From Octopus sinensis (taxonomy: Eukaryota), in NCBI RefSeq assembly GCF_006345805.1, contig NW_021837027.1, positions 2,605 through 66,604 on the forward strand: a DNA stretch of 64,000 nt, in the 5' to 3' direction. Position 1 is the stretch's first letter, and each line of letters starts with the position of its first letter. Position numbers and translations under genes: made by a program. The notes under the pieces are model-generated. The model had not been told where the DNA came from. It saw only the letters and a list, made by a program, of their open reading frames with translations, and ran no database searches. Below are positions 13,679 to 28,952 of the stretch, piece by piece.

Positions 13679-15223
13679 ATGTGGGTAGAGGACGTCACCA
13701 ACAGTAAGCAACATAAAATACGAAAACAAATGAGTTTAATACGCAAACAACGAGAGAAACAAATGGAAAAGAGGACAAGTAACACAAAGAACGACCCTTC
13801 ATCAGTTGTCAGCTGTCTATCTATTCCTCATTTCGAGCATTGGACGACAATATGAGTCTTCGAAGACAGTTGCTCCCATAAATACCAAAATAAAATTTTT
13901 GATTTATGGAGGGTCAATGTTGGGAACAAAAACAAGGACAGTGGATACATAGAAGGAAACCGAACAAAACCAAACATGAAGGGTCGTTAGCCCAGAACGA
14001 CGGTAAAATAGAGATACACATATATATATATATATATATCTGTGTATGTACATATTTATATAGTCATGGGATGATTGGATTTTTGATGGCCAGCATGGAC
14101 AATTCTTACTCTGCCTATTGTAAGAACCGCATTGGGCTGTAGGTGCTGGCTGAGGTTGGGTTGTTCTGTCTTTCCTATGTTGTCGAAGGAAATGTACTAA
14201 ATACTCGGTCACGCCGACGACGATACACACATAGATTTGAGTATGTATATATATGTGCAAATGCATAATATATCCCTTTAAATGAAGAACTAGAAGAATT
14301 TGATTTTGTCAGATAATAATTTATCGAAGACCAAATCTTATCTTCCTTCTTACACAATTCTTTAACCCAGTTGAATATTCTTTGGTTTTATTCATTTTTG
14401 AAATCATTGACTTCCTTCTCAGAATTCCTTCTTTCATATCCAAGAACTCGAAGTACATCAAGCCAGAAATGATAACCTGTGCAATAATAATGGGTTAAAA
14501 GACGTCTTGGAGCAACCTTTGACTTTCTTCGTTTCAATGTATTTTTAACTCAATATTCTTCACGCTGGGATTTATAGATTCACGTGCCATCGTTAAAATA
14601 TTGTATTTGGGGATGGTCATGTTGCCAGTTTAGCCAATAAACACACGCACTATATATTTGGTGTTCATTTGCTTCATTTTTATTTCATATTAATCGTATT
14701 TCGGCCAGAGTTCTTTCGTTACACTTCTGCTTTCTTTTTTTGTGTGTGTTTTTTTTATTGTCTAAACTGGCAACATGGCCATCCCCAAATACAACAATAT
14801 CTGTTTCAACACACAAGTTCACATCAAGAATCTTGCAAAACGAATATATAAACGTTAAAATATGTTTTACTTAATATTTCACGAAGTTCCTAAATTCTTT
14901 TAGTGCTAACAGTGTGTGTGTGTGTGTGCGCGCGCGCGTGAGCGCGCATGTGTGTGTGCGTGTGTGCGCGCGCATACATACATACAGAGTCCACTCAAAA
15001 AATGTATACACACTCCAAGAGAGGAAAGATCTGTATAAATATTTCACATGTATTAGTACCTCTATAAACTTAAATACCTTTTTCGATGTTTTATCAAATT
15101 GCAATAAGACTGAATCAAAATATTCATACAGATTTTTCCTTTCCTGAAGTGTGTCTTCATTTTCTGGCGGATTCTGTAATTGTGTGTGTGTATCATCGAC
15201 AGAATTATATACTCATATTTTCC

Positions 15224-15324
<101 letters not shown>

Positions 15325-15383
15325 GTTTGTGTATAAATGTATGCATATATATGTATAATAACATAACTGTATGTATATATATG

Positions 15384-15424
<41 letters not shown>

Positions 15425-15499
15425 GTGAAATAGAAAGATGAATAATCTTGTAGTAGATTAATCAAAAGTTTAACCGATACCTTAGTAGCAAAAATCACA

Positions 15500-15790
15500 G
15501 CAGTGTCTCCAACCATTACGCAACTTTTCGGGACGTGAACAAGCGCCAGACCACGGGACTCAGTAAGCTAATATGGCGACTGAAGGATGCGAACTTAAGC
15601 TATAGGCTGGAATGGTCAATTTTGTCGGTGGCCCTCCCATTTGATAGGGGCAGAAGACAGTGCAACCTTTGTGTCTCCGAACTCTTCCATATTTTGTTTG
15701 CCAGAGGCCGGATGGTAAACGGGCTCTTACAGTCGGCTTTTCGATGCCCCCATTGGCGGCGTTACACTCATCTGGCCTTTAAATAGCGTT
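15500..15790 (+). mobile_element. Penelope-like element, GIY-YIG endonuclease C-terminal fragment (lineage 1)
   Basis: NHYATFR..TTGLSKLIWRLKD..YRLEWSIL..QCNLCVSE..FRCPH fits the LSKxIW..WSI..CxLC..CxH pattern of PLE endonuclease C-termini. Confidence 0.7.
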
Positions 15791-16384
15791 TATAAATAAG
15801 ACCGGCACCCATAGCCCTTGGTAACAAATTCTGAAATAGCCTTTAAGATATCTACGATTAACCACTGCAAGGGGAATTACTCCTGTAAGACAAACGGGGC
15901 TTGGTTTTTTCACAGCGGGGGGTTTCCTTGACAAGGCAGGCTTAGATGAACACACACACACATAAAACATAATATATATATATAAATTTTTTATTTTTTT
16001 TCTTTCTGCCACCCAACGGTTATCACGGCAGTAGCCACTGACAGCCGAACGATCAAACGCACACACGTACACAAAAATGTTTTCTACCCCTACGCCAACA
16101 CACACATATATAGAACAGTATACACACACACACGTCTCTAGGTAGATTTTTTCTCGCCCCTTATAAAACATCCAATATTCCTTAAATAGTCAGAACTTTA
16201 TTCTCGGTCACAAAGAACATCTATACACCCTCACCCACATGATTGACCGATGCCTGACCCGTTGAATTCTTCAGCCACCGGTTCTCAACATACACTGATA
16301 ACAGTTTCGCCATGGGCTCTTAGGAGCACAGTTCGATTTGTTTTTTGCTCCGCCTCTGTTCTGTTTTTCCAACGGATTTCCTTT

Positions 16385-16473
16385 TTTCTTCCTGAAGAGA
16401 AAGACACAATATGGTCCCATTATTCAATCGGATTTTGGTAATTTGTGCCTTTCGAAACACGTGTAGAATGAAA
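16385..16473 (+). ncRNA. Type I hammerhead ribozyme motif, intact core
   Basis: Stem I TTTCTTC/GAA(T)GAAA; CTGAAGA 16392-16398; stem II GAAAGACACAA/TTGTGCCTTTC (10 of 11 pairs); GAAA 16454-16457; palindromic stem III ACACGTGT; GUA site at 16463-16465. Confidence 0.75.
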
Positions 16474-16526
16474 TAAAACGTTTTCTGTTCAATCTGCGTT
16501 CAGCTCCATTTCTTCAATTCACCAAT

Positions 16527-16569
<43 letters not shown>

Positions 16570-16699
16570 TTAATCAATATAGGGTAGCAAAAAATTCAAT
16601 AGAAATTTTTTCGCCACCAGCGGTCTAGTGAGAAAGAGAAAATAGTCAGAGACTATATATATATAAATTCAACAACAATTGAGGAACATATATATTCGC

Positions 16700-16890
16700 C
16701 ATGATAGATCGCTAGCCGCTACACATTCTTTATTTTCTCTCCTTCTTTCCTTCCGTGTTCCTTTCTGTGGAAGAGCGTAGGCTCGAAACATTAAAGACTT
16801 TTTCACTTCCCGAGCATTAAACTAATACATCTGTTTGTTGTCTACACTACTTGTCTTCGTCTTTTGCTTTTTTGTAAATTCTCCCCTTAC
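16700..16890 (+). repeat. PLE-type terminal repeat with degenerate hammerhead motif (copy 1 of 3)
   Basis: Direct similarity to the other two copies; the core is mutated to CTGTGGA and stem III to ACATT. Confidence 0.7.
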
Positions 16891-16985
16891 ACATTTATAT
16901 ATATATACATACATATATATGTTATGTATATACATACATACACACACAGACATACATATATGCATACATATTTACATACATATTT

Positions 16986-17062
<77 letters not shown>

Positions 17063-18260
17063 TACATACATACACATGTTTTTTTTTACGTCGAGTTAAA
17101 ATAAAAGCAATTTTACATGAAACGGAAGGATTCCTCGTTAGATTTTTGTCGAGTGCGAATTTATTTGTGAAAGTGTGTGTGTTTGTGTGTGTGTGTCACG
17201 TATGTAGGTTCTGTGTATGTTGGTAAAGATTGAACGGAAGCTAGACAGAGTTATATATATAGAGAGAGAGAGAAAGAGAGAGAGAGAGAAGGGAAAGGAA
17301 GAGAGAGACAGAGGGAGGAGGAGGGGAGAGAGAGCGGGAGTGAGAGAAGAGAGGATGAAAGAGCGAGGGAAAAATCAAGTGTGCGCGTGTGTGTATGTAT
17401 AAATTAGGACAACTAAATGAATATGTGAGTGAAGGGGAGTAAAAAAAAAAGCCGGAGGCGTGTCTTTGGTTTAAAAAGAAATTATATCAAAATGACTCCC
17501 CGCCTCCCAATCTTCAGTGACCACGCCCACTTTGTTTGTTGTCAGTTGACCTTACAGCCACGAGTGACACTGCATAGCAGTTGTTGGCTCATAACATTGG
17601 AGTGGTGGCGGTGGCGGTGGTGGTGGTGGGGTTGTATAAGTTTATTATAGGAGAGAGAGATAGAGAGAGTGTGTGGTAGTGATGATGGTGGTGGTGATGG
17701 TGGTGGTGGTAGTGACGGCGGTATTGTTCTTCTTAATAGTGGTGGTCGTAGTATTAGCGGTGGTGGTGGGGGTGGGAGGTGTTGGTTGTCTTTCTTAAAT
17801 AGGTGGTGTTAGAGTAGGTGGCGGTGTTGTTTTTGTGGTTGTTGTCAGTAACCGTGGTGGTGGTGGAGGAGGTGTTGCTATGTCACCCATAGCGTTACTA
17901 ATTCGTTTGTTATTGTCCTTTAATTATTTCGCTGTTCCTTCTCTATTACTTTTGTTTGCTTAACGCCATATTATTCTCTGTTTGTCTATTTGACTCTCTC
18001 TCTCTCTCTCTCTCTCTACCTTTCTCTCTCTACCTTTCTATTTATCTTTCTTTCTCTATCTTTCTCTCTCTCTCTACTTTTCTATTTCTCTCTCTCTCTC
18101 TCTACTTTTTTCTCTCTCTTTCTTTCTCTCTCTCACTCTCTCTCAACACCCAACTGTCTTCTTCACCCATTTTATTTTTCTTCGTACGATGGATAACTTC
18201 ATTTTGTTAACTCTTTTTTAATGATATACCTAATTATGTGTGTGTGTGTGTATGTATAAA

Positions 18261-18296
<36 letters not shown>

Positions 18297-20574
18297 TCAA
18301 CATACACATATATCTATACATACATATATATATATCTATACACACACACACGCACACACACGCATATACACACACACACACCTGTGCGGTGCCAGTGTGG
18401 CAGAAGATGATCTGAGATTCACTGCATCGGTTCCAGTTACATCATCCTTATTGTGACATCTTTTCTCATTATTTCTTTCAGTCGTTAGACTGCGGCCATG
18501 CTGGGGCACCACCTGGAAGAATTTTTAGTCGAATGAATCGATCCCAATATTTATTTTTTTTTTTAAGCCTGATACTAATTCCATTGGTCTCTTTTTGCCG
18601 AACCGCTTGGTTGCAGGGACGTAAACACATCAACACCGGTTGTAAACAAATTTATAGATTTGTTTTTGCCTCTGCAATATATTGTCTATCACCAACGGAA
18701 AAAGTAAGGAGGGATTGCATTTCCGGAGGATATTTACTGAAATAAGTCTTCCATCAACACCGCCCCCCTCCATCCTTTCCCTTATCTCTGCTTAGCTGCT
18801 AGCACAACAAACCTCCATAACTCCGTTTCGGTTTCAAGTGACACTTGCCGCTCTATTCCAAACTTGTTGCAAGGCGGCCATATTGTTTACTAACAGGATT
18901 AAGCTTGTCCTGGAGGTTTTCTTTTAAGATCCTGCTGTCGTCCAAATGGAACATGTGTCTGGACCACGGAGCCTGCTGTTGTCCAAATGGGGAATATGTC
19001 TGGACTGCCTAAGATATCGTTGATAAAGGAGAAGTTGCATGCTGGGAATGCTTACTTCTATGAGGAATTAACGGTTGGTTTATGATGTTGCCATCTGTTG
19101 CGATGAATGATCGAAGATATCGGCTGAGTCAGCTTCTTTCAAAAGAATTTGACCTTTGGATTCGAGTGAATTCTTGTGCTGGGCAGAGTGTATCTGACCT
19201 CATGCCCCAGAATATGTTTTGTGCTCTTGAGATTGATGGCCATCTTGAACCCATTACAAACCGATACGTTAGGGTCTTGCGGGATCAATCCCGTGTCAGG
19301 GAGCTCAGGTGCAGGATTTCTATATAAGAAAACGTTCCAGCAGAGGGACTCACCTTCCTTTCCGTTTTACCATAAGGCAACAACAACAACAGCAACAACA
19401 GCTACGACAACAGTACCAATAACAACAGCTACCAGAACGTCAGCAATGGTACACACAAAACCAGTAGCACCGACAGTGATAACAAAAACAGCCAAATCAA
19501 CGACAACAACAACAAAAACACAGACAACAACAACAACAACAACAACAACAGCACTGTTTAACTAGTTTCTTTAATCCCATCCGTTGCAATGGTGGAAATA
19601 TTTACTCATGTCTTCTTCATTCTCCAGAACCAATTCTTTACGTCTTCGCTCAGATTTCTTTCTCGTTTTTTCTTCCTGTTTTTTTTTTTATTTTTCCTTT
19701 CTTTTTTAAAACTATTTTATCATCTGTAGTTATACGGAATTTTCTGCTATTTATCTCTATTTTGCATAATTTTTTGTAATTGTTTTTGTCAATTTATTTT
19801 GTTTTATGTTTCTTATTTCCATAATATCTATTAATCTTAGGGCTGTTTATACTTGGAGGAAATCTATTCTCAGGGTGCTGCCGGGCGCCGGTGTTCTCCA
19901 TATTTTACACACACACACACACGTACACACACACACAGAAATCACTACAATTGTTACAACGCATCATCATCAGCTGTTAATTGCTGAATGTTACATAAAT
20001 TATACGCAATAGTGCATTAATGTGATTCAACAAAAGCGATATGCACCACACACGCAACCAGAGACAAAACACTGCGGCATCAAATTTAGTCTCTCCACAA
20101 TTTACACCGAAACACTATTTTTTTATTATTTTTCGTCTGATGAAGAGGAACAAAGAAATACAAAGAGACACCAATGAGAAAACAACAAAAACAAATTAAA
20201 GGAAATGTAAAGAAAAAAGAAAGAAAGAATAAAGAAACGTCGTTTTCATTCGATCTTTAACCACAGAACATTTAAAGATGAGAATGTTAGGAAAGGATCC
20301 CCTTTAACAGTTGTCCGTCCTTTGGGTCTGTTCTCATTGCGCTTCAAAGAAAACCTGTTTCACTTCTTTAACTCAACATGATACCAAACACTGTCAGCTT
20401 CCAGACTCTTCATTTTAGATCAGTGGTTCCCAGCCTAGGGTCCGCGGATCCCTGGTGGTCCGCAAAGGCAGTACTGGGGGTCCGTGAACTAAATTCAAAA
20501 CTTTACACACGTATATATGTGTGTGTGTGTGTGTGTGTGCGTGCGTGCGTGTGTGTGTGTGCGTGTGTGTGGAG

Positions 20575-20930
20575 GCGCAATGGCCCAGTGGTTAGGGCAG
20601 CGGACTCGCGGTTGTAGGATCGCGGTTTCGATTCACAGACCGGGCATTTTGAGTGTTTATTGAGCGAAAACACCTTAAAGCTCCACGAGGTTCCAGCAGG
20701 AGGTGGTGGCGAACCCAGCTGTACTCTGCCTTACTGTTTCTCTTGTACCTGTATTTCAAAGAGCCAGTCTTGTACTGTTCTGTGTCACGCTGAATCTGCC
20801 CGAGAACTACGTTAAGGGCACACGTGTCTGTGGAGTGCTCAGCCACTTGCACGGTAATTTCACGAGCAGACTGTTCCATTGATCAGATCAACTGGAACCC
20901 TCGTCATCGTAACTGACGGAGTGCAACGAT
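20575..20930 (+). mobile_element. tRNA-derived SINE family C, full length; other pieces at 1-50 (+) and about 41395-41700 (-)
   Basis: A box TGGCCCAGTGG and B box GGTTTCGATTC; the 3' tail gatcaactggaaccctcgtc..gacggagtgc also occurs at window start. Confidence 0.8.
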
Positions 20931-21348
20931 ATAATATATATATACTCTCTTTTACTCTTTTACTTGTTTCAGTCATATGACTGCGGCCATGCTGGAGCAC
21001 CGCCTTTAGTCGAGCAAATCGACCCCGGGGACTTATTCTTTGTAAGCCTAGTACTTATTCTATCGGTCTCTTTTGCCGAACCGCTAAGTTACGGGGACGT
21101 AAACACACCACCATCGGTTGTCAAGTGATGTCGGGGGGGGACAAACACCGACACACAAACACACACACACATACATATATATATACATATATACGACAGG
21201 CTTCTTTCAGTTTCCGTCTACCAAATCCATTCACAAAGCATTGGTCGACCCGAGGCTATAGCAGAAGACACTTGCCCAAGATGCCACGCAGTGGGACTGA
21301 ACCCAGAACCATGTGGTTGGTTAGCAAGCTACTTACCACACAGCCACC

Positions 21349-21383
<35 letters not shown>

Positions 21384-21577
21384 ATGAAACCACCTCAATT
21401 CTGGGAAGAGGGTATTTTCAAGTTAAAGGAAAGATGGAGACGCATTGTGAAACAAAATGGTTCATATTTGTTTGATTAAAAATGTAATTGCAAGTATTTA
21501 TTGCCCTTTTTTCTTGCCTTTAAAAATCGGCACGAACTTTCCGGACAACCCAACATATATAGTATATATATATTATA

Positions 21578-21611
<34 letters not shown>

Positions 21612-21649
21612 ATATATTTATATAGATATATATATATAATATATATATA

Positions 21650-22126
21650 GTGACGTATTTTTGCCATTTCAATATGGCTAACCCCTAAGGGTGGATGCTG
21701 CTGTAGTTTTTAGCCCCAGGAGGACACACTCCTCCAGCTGGCTAGACACACTTTCTGTGTCCTGTCAGTATTTGCAAAGGGAAGTCATCATTCCCGTCTC
21801 AATTTATGATACACGGACTCGAGTTTCGAGGTGTTGACCTCTCGTCAGCGGTGACAATCATAGTTGTCGCCGAGAATTAGATTTCCTTCACAAATACTTA
21901 TACTTTTTCCAGCGTCCACTGTCGCTGATATTGAAAAGTGAAATCAAACAATGATAAATATCAAGTGAGTTATATACAGTAGCGGTACACATCGTGACGT
22001 ATTTTTGCCATTCAATTGGCTAACCCCTAAGGGTGGATGCTACTGTAGTTTTTAGTAGCCCAGGAGGACACACTCCTCCAGCTGGCCATAGACACACTTT
22101 CTGTTTCTTGTCAGTATTTGCAAAGG
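21650..22126. repeat. Partial tandem repeat, period 344 bp (about 130-bp direct repeats)
   Basis: 21650-21780 matches 21994-22126 (gtgacgtatttttgcc..ctaacccctaagggtggatgct..cagtatttgcaaagg). Confidence 0.9.
21812..21853 (-). ncRNA. Type I hammerhead ribozyme motif, intact core
   Basis: Minus strand reads CACCG-CTGACGA-GAGG-TCAACA-CCTC-GAAA-CTCGAG-TC-CGTG. Stem II is perfect, stem III is the palindrome ACTCGAGT, the site is GUC, and stem I has one bulge. Confidence 0.75.
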
Positions 22127-22132
22127 AAATAT

Positions 22133-22191
<59 letters not shown>

Positions 22192-22300
22192 CTTACTTGG
22201 AAAAAGATGCGTCGCCGGGAATTGAACACACGTTCGTGAACCGATACCCTCACCACTAAGCCACGCGCTCTCACTATATACACACACGCACACACATACC

Positions 22301-22364
<64 letters not shown>

Positions 22365-23022
22365 TGTATATATGTATGTATGTATGTAAAGTTCAATTGT
22401 CGCTAAGTGTGACTAACGTTGCCGAAACACCTACGTAGCTACATTGCTAGAAATAAGAGTTAAAATACTTTTAATGCTGTAAGAAGAGCGCAAATACATA
22501 CATTTGCTGAGATGGATGGTGACCGATCGATGACCGTGTCGAGGTATAGGCATAGTTTCATCTCTACCGTAGACAGGGTCAGTGGTGACTGCTCAGACAG
22601 CTCATGGTCGGCCAATTCCGTCGGCCAGCATTTATCTCTATTTACCATAGAAATTCATGGGTGATTTAGAGAAATGCTAATGCGTACGCGGAGAACTAAT
22701 ATAAATAGCCAGAATTTGGCAATTAGAATCGTGTGTAAGAAAGAGGAGAAGAGAAAAATCAAGTGAAAAAAGAGAGCTTCTAAGTTATCAATATTTGTAT
22801 TTCTTTTCGTTTTTAACTTTCCTGTCTGATGACATGAAGATGCTGACATTTACTGGACTTCAGCTATGGTCATAGACTTCTTTTGATGGCAATTGAATGC
22901 TTTTTTTTTTCTCTAAGGAACTGGTGCTGTACCTTATCTCGTCTGGTTTTCACATCTACAATGTAATTGCATATCAAATTATTATTACTGAGAATGTCAG
23001 AGTTGGTAGAGTAGCAAATAAC

Positions 23023-23080
<58 letters not shown>

Positions 23081-24665
23081 TCCCCAGCTTCTGGTCGAAA
23101 TATCTAACAGGAATGCACAAAAAGCTGGCTGAAAACTTTAACAACGTACTAGCAGAGCCAGAGACAATGCCTGAATGGCTCACGAAGGGGAAAACCATCT
23201 TAATTCCCAAATCAAATGAAACAACAAAACCAGAAAACTACAGACCAATAACCTGCCTCCCTACTATGTTCAAGGCATTTACTGCAGTGATATCGCAAAG
23301 GCTGAACAAGCACCTGGACGAAAACAAACTGTTCCTAGAAGAGCAGAAAGGATGCCGCAAGGGCTCATATGGCTGTAAAGATCAACTAATGATTAATAAA
23401 GCCGTAATCCTTAACTGAACACGAAATGAACTGACCAAAATAGATAGGAAAACAAGAAAAATACTGACAGGATCTAGGATGCATCACCCAAAATCTGACA
23501 TAGAAAGACTATATATACAACGTATAGAAGGTGGTAGAGGCCTTATACAGCTGGAAAACTACTATAAAATAACCACCATAGGACTGCAAAAATACCTACT
23601 TCAGAAGGAAGGAAAACTGATCCAGATAGCAGCAAAACACGAGCAAAACAAAAAACTGTTCTCAGTATTTAAGGAAGCTGACAAATACAAACAAGAAATC
23701 ATACCACCTAATAAACACAAAGAAGAAGAAGATGATGAAGAAACAACAAAAGCTATAAAACAAATGAAATCCAAACTAAAAATAGAACAGCAACGAACCA
23801 TGATAAAACGATGGCAAGAAAAGCCCCTTCATGGTAAATACTGCACTAAACTAAACGCAAAAGAAATAGACAAAGAAAAATCCCAGCAATGGTTGAGAAG
23901 CTCAGGACTCAAAGCAGAAACAGAGGGATTTTTAATTGCAGCACAAGACCAAAGCCTCCCCACCAGAAATTACCAAAAACATGTAATGAAAAGAAATATT
24001 ACAAGTAACTGCAGAATGGACAAGAAAGAATAAATCATATCATCTCTAGCTGCCCAGTCTTGGCTAAGAAGGGATATATTCACAGACATGACAGAGTTGG
24101 AACCTACATACATTGGAAGCTATGCCAACATTATGGAATAACAACAGAAAAAAGATGGTATAGGCACACACCAGAAAAGGTCACAGAAAACGAGAAAGCA
24201 ACCATACTCTGGGATATGCCGATACGCAAAGATAGAGAAATTAAGGCCAACAGACCAGATATAGTTGTCAGAGATCATGAAGAAAAAAATGCTTTCTAAT
24301 TGATGTATCAATACCGGCAGATGACAACGTGTCTCTAAAGAAATGGAGAAACTCTCAAAATACAAAGACCTGAAAATAGAGGTAACTAGAATGTGGAACC
24401 TGAAAACAGAAACAATTCCTATCATAGTAGGTGCATTAGGCATGATAAAAAAATATTCAGACAAATACATAACAAAAACACCAGGACTTACAAACACATA
24501 TAACATACAGAAAATTGCACTACTAGGCACTGCACACATCCTACGCAGAACACTTTCCATACAATAACCATCAGAGTATCACAACAAATCACAGCACATA
24601 CCCAAGGCACACAGAGCTGCGCTCGGTAGTGAAGTGAAAGCACGCTATAAAAATAAAACTACTGA
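23081..24665 (+). mobile_element. R4/Dong-clade non-LTR retrotransposon (RT + restriction-like endonuclease), internally deleted, inserted in (TAA)n
   Basis: NYRPITCLPT..EQKGCRKGSYGCKDQL; MHHPKSDIERLY..GGRGL; ETEGFLIAAQDQ; RHD..IHWKLC; ANRPDIVV..KLSKYKDL..GALG. The RT core is missing at a junction near 23418. (AAT)n on both sides. Confidence 0.88.
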
Positions 24666-24677
24666 ATAATAATAATA

Positions 24678-24748
<71 letters not shown>

Positions 24749-24780
24749 TAGTAGTAGTAGTAGTAATAATAATAATAATA

Positions 24781-26701
<1,921 letters not shown>

Positions 26702-27486
26702 TTGAATATTGTGTAGTGGTGTATTGGCAGGATCATTGGTATGCCAGACAAAATGCTTAGTGGCATTTCTTCCGGTTTTATGATCCAGGTTCAGATTCCA
26801 CCAAGGTTGACTTTACCTTTCTTCCTTTCGGCGTCGATGAAATAAAGTACCAGTCAAGCACTGGGGTCGATGTAATTAAGTTTCAGGCCTTGTGCCTATT
26901 GTAGAAAAGATCATTTTGAATAATATTGCCAATATTAGAATACATTATTACTTTAACTATATTGGTGTGAATGGCAGAATTGATTGAATGCATAAAACAA
27001 AACGCCTTGGGGCATTCAGTTACGTTCCTTTACATTCTCAGTTCAAACCCGACCGAGGTCAGCTTTACTTTCCATCCTCAAGGTATTAACAAAATTAATA
27101 CCAGCCTAGTAACTGGGGTCAGTATAATGTGATACCATGAAGGAAAAATTCAATCCTCACGAAGTGTGTGACTAAGGGTGTATTAAGAGTACTTTAACTC
27201 TTATTTCTAGCAATGGAGGTGCTTCGGCACCCTTAGTTACACTTAGTGGCGATTGAATGTTTCCTTTATCCTATCATATTGCGCCTACACACACACACTC
27301 GCGCGCGCGCACACACACACACATACACACGCACACGCGAGCGCGTAGACATATTTAGAAATATAATATGTGTGAGTGTGTATCTGTATATGCAATACAT
27401 AGATGATATACATATAGAATATATTTATATAGAATATACATTATATAATGTGTGTGTATATACATACACGCCCTCATATATGTTTG

Positions 27487-27557
<71 letters not shown>

Positions 27558-27894
27558 GGATATATATGTATATATATGCACGCGCGCGTATGTGTAGGTA
27601 CTATCAATTCGACGCTCAAGTTAGACCTGATAAGGACCTGGCCGCAAGCCCTTTCTCCAGACCCATATATATACAGATGCATACATACATGTATGAATGG
27701 ATAGATGTGATTAGAATATGTAGGGGCATGGTGCGTGTGTATGTACATATATATATATGCGTGTGTGTGTGTACACACACACATAAGGTTTATGATAAAT
27801 GTTGTAAATTCATGAAGCAACATCGACTGAATAAAGAAGCCAATCAATGGATAGAGTTTAATATTTTTTATAATGTTATTAACTGTGACCAACA

Positions 27895-28010
27895 CTTTCC
27901 ATACAATAACCATAAGAGCATCACAACAAATCACAGCACATACCCAAGGCACACAGAGCTGCGCTCGGTAGTGAAGTGAAAGCACGCTAGAAAAATAAAA
28001 CTACTGAATG
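27895..28010 (+). mobile_element. Dong-like 3' UTR, short 5'-truncated copy
   Basis: Near-identical to 24553-24665 (caataacc..cacagagctgcgctcggtagtgaagtgaaagcacgcta..actactgaat), followed by (AAT)n. Confidence 0.85.
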
Positions 28011-28055
<45 letters not shown>

Positions 28056-28645
28056 TAATAATAATAATAGTTTTATATTTTTAGCGCAAGGCAACAATTT
28101 TGACGGGTGTCAATTAGATGATTACATCGGCCTCAGTGCTTATTGTCTCCACTCCGAAACGATAATAGGGAGATCACCGATCGAACTATTCAGGGCAATA
28201 GACCAGATATTGTAATGAAAAATCACATGGACAAAATACGTTTGCTCATGGACGTGTGAAAGAACAACAACTGTAGCTGTGAGCTTTGAGGAGAATATCA
28301 AACGGTGCCCTGAAAAGGATGAAACACTGGGAAACCCTAACGTAGCAGAACGACAAAAAACTTCTTCTCCTGGATACTACATACATCCTAAAAATTCGCT
28401 GTCAACCTGAGGAGATTTGCATTTTGCCTTTTATTTTTAATGTTTCAAAATCGCAAAAATTACCAGAAAGTTTTTACGAAGTCTTCTTTGTCAGCGTTTG
28501 GTCTTCTTCTCCTGAAATGTTTCATTGTTACTCGTAAACAACTTAACGAGCAAAACGGTCCGACTTGCTGTTTCTTGACGTCTCTGGCTGACACTTGGAA
28601 CAGCTCGTGTAAAACAACAACAAAAACAGCAATAATAATAATAAT

Positions 28646-28690
<45 letters not shown>

Positions 28691-28952
28691 TAGAAATATT
28701 AAAATTACTAAGTCTCTCTAAAGGAGATTACGGCAGCGTTACTGGATATTAATAGTTATCGCCAAACTAATATGGTAGTCTATAAATATAAGACTAAAGC
28801 TGTCGCGGATTATCTCCAAGAGGCCATCGCCTCTAGCTAGCTATATGACACACGAACCTGCGTCCATTATAACCTTCGAACAGGGGAGGTCAGCCGCTTC
28901 ACTTTGCTGGTCAGACATCTGCAGACATATGTACATATATATATATATATTT

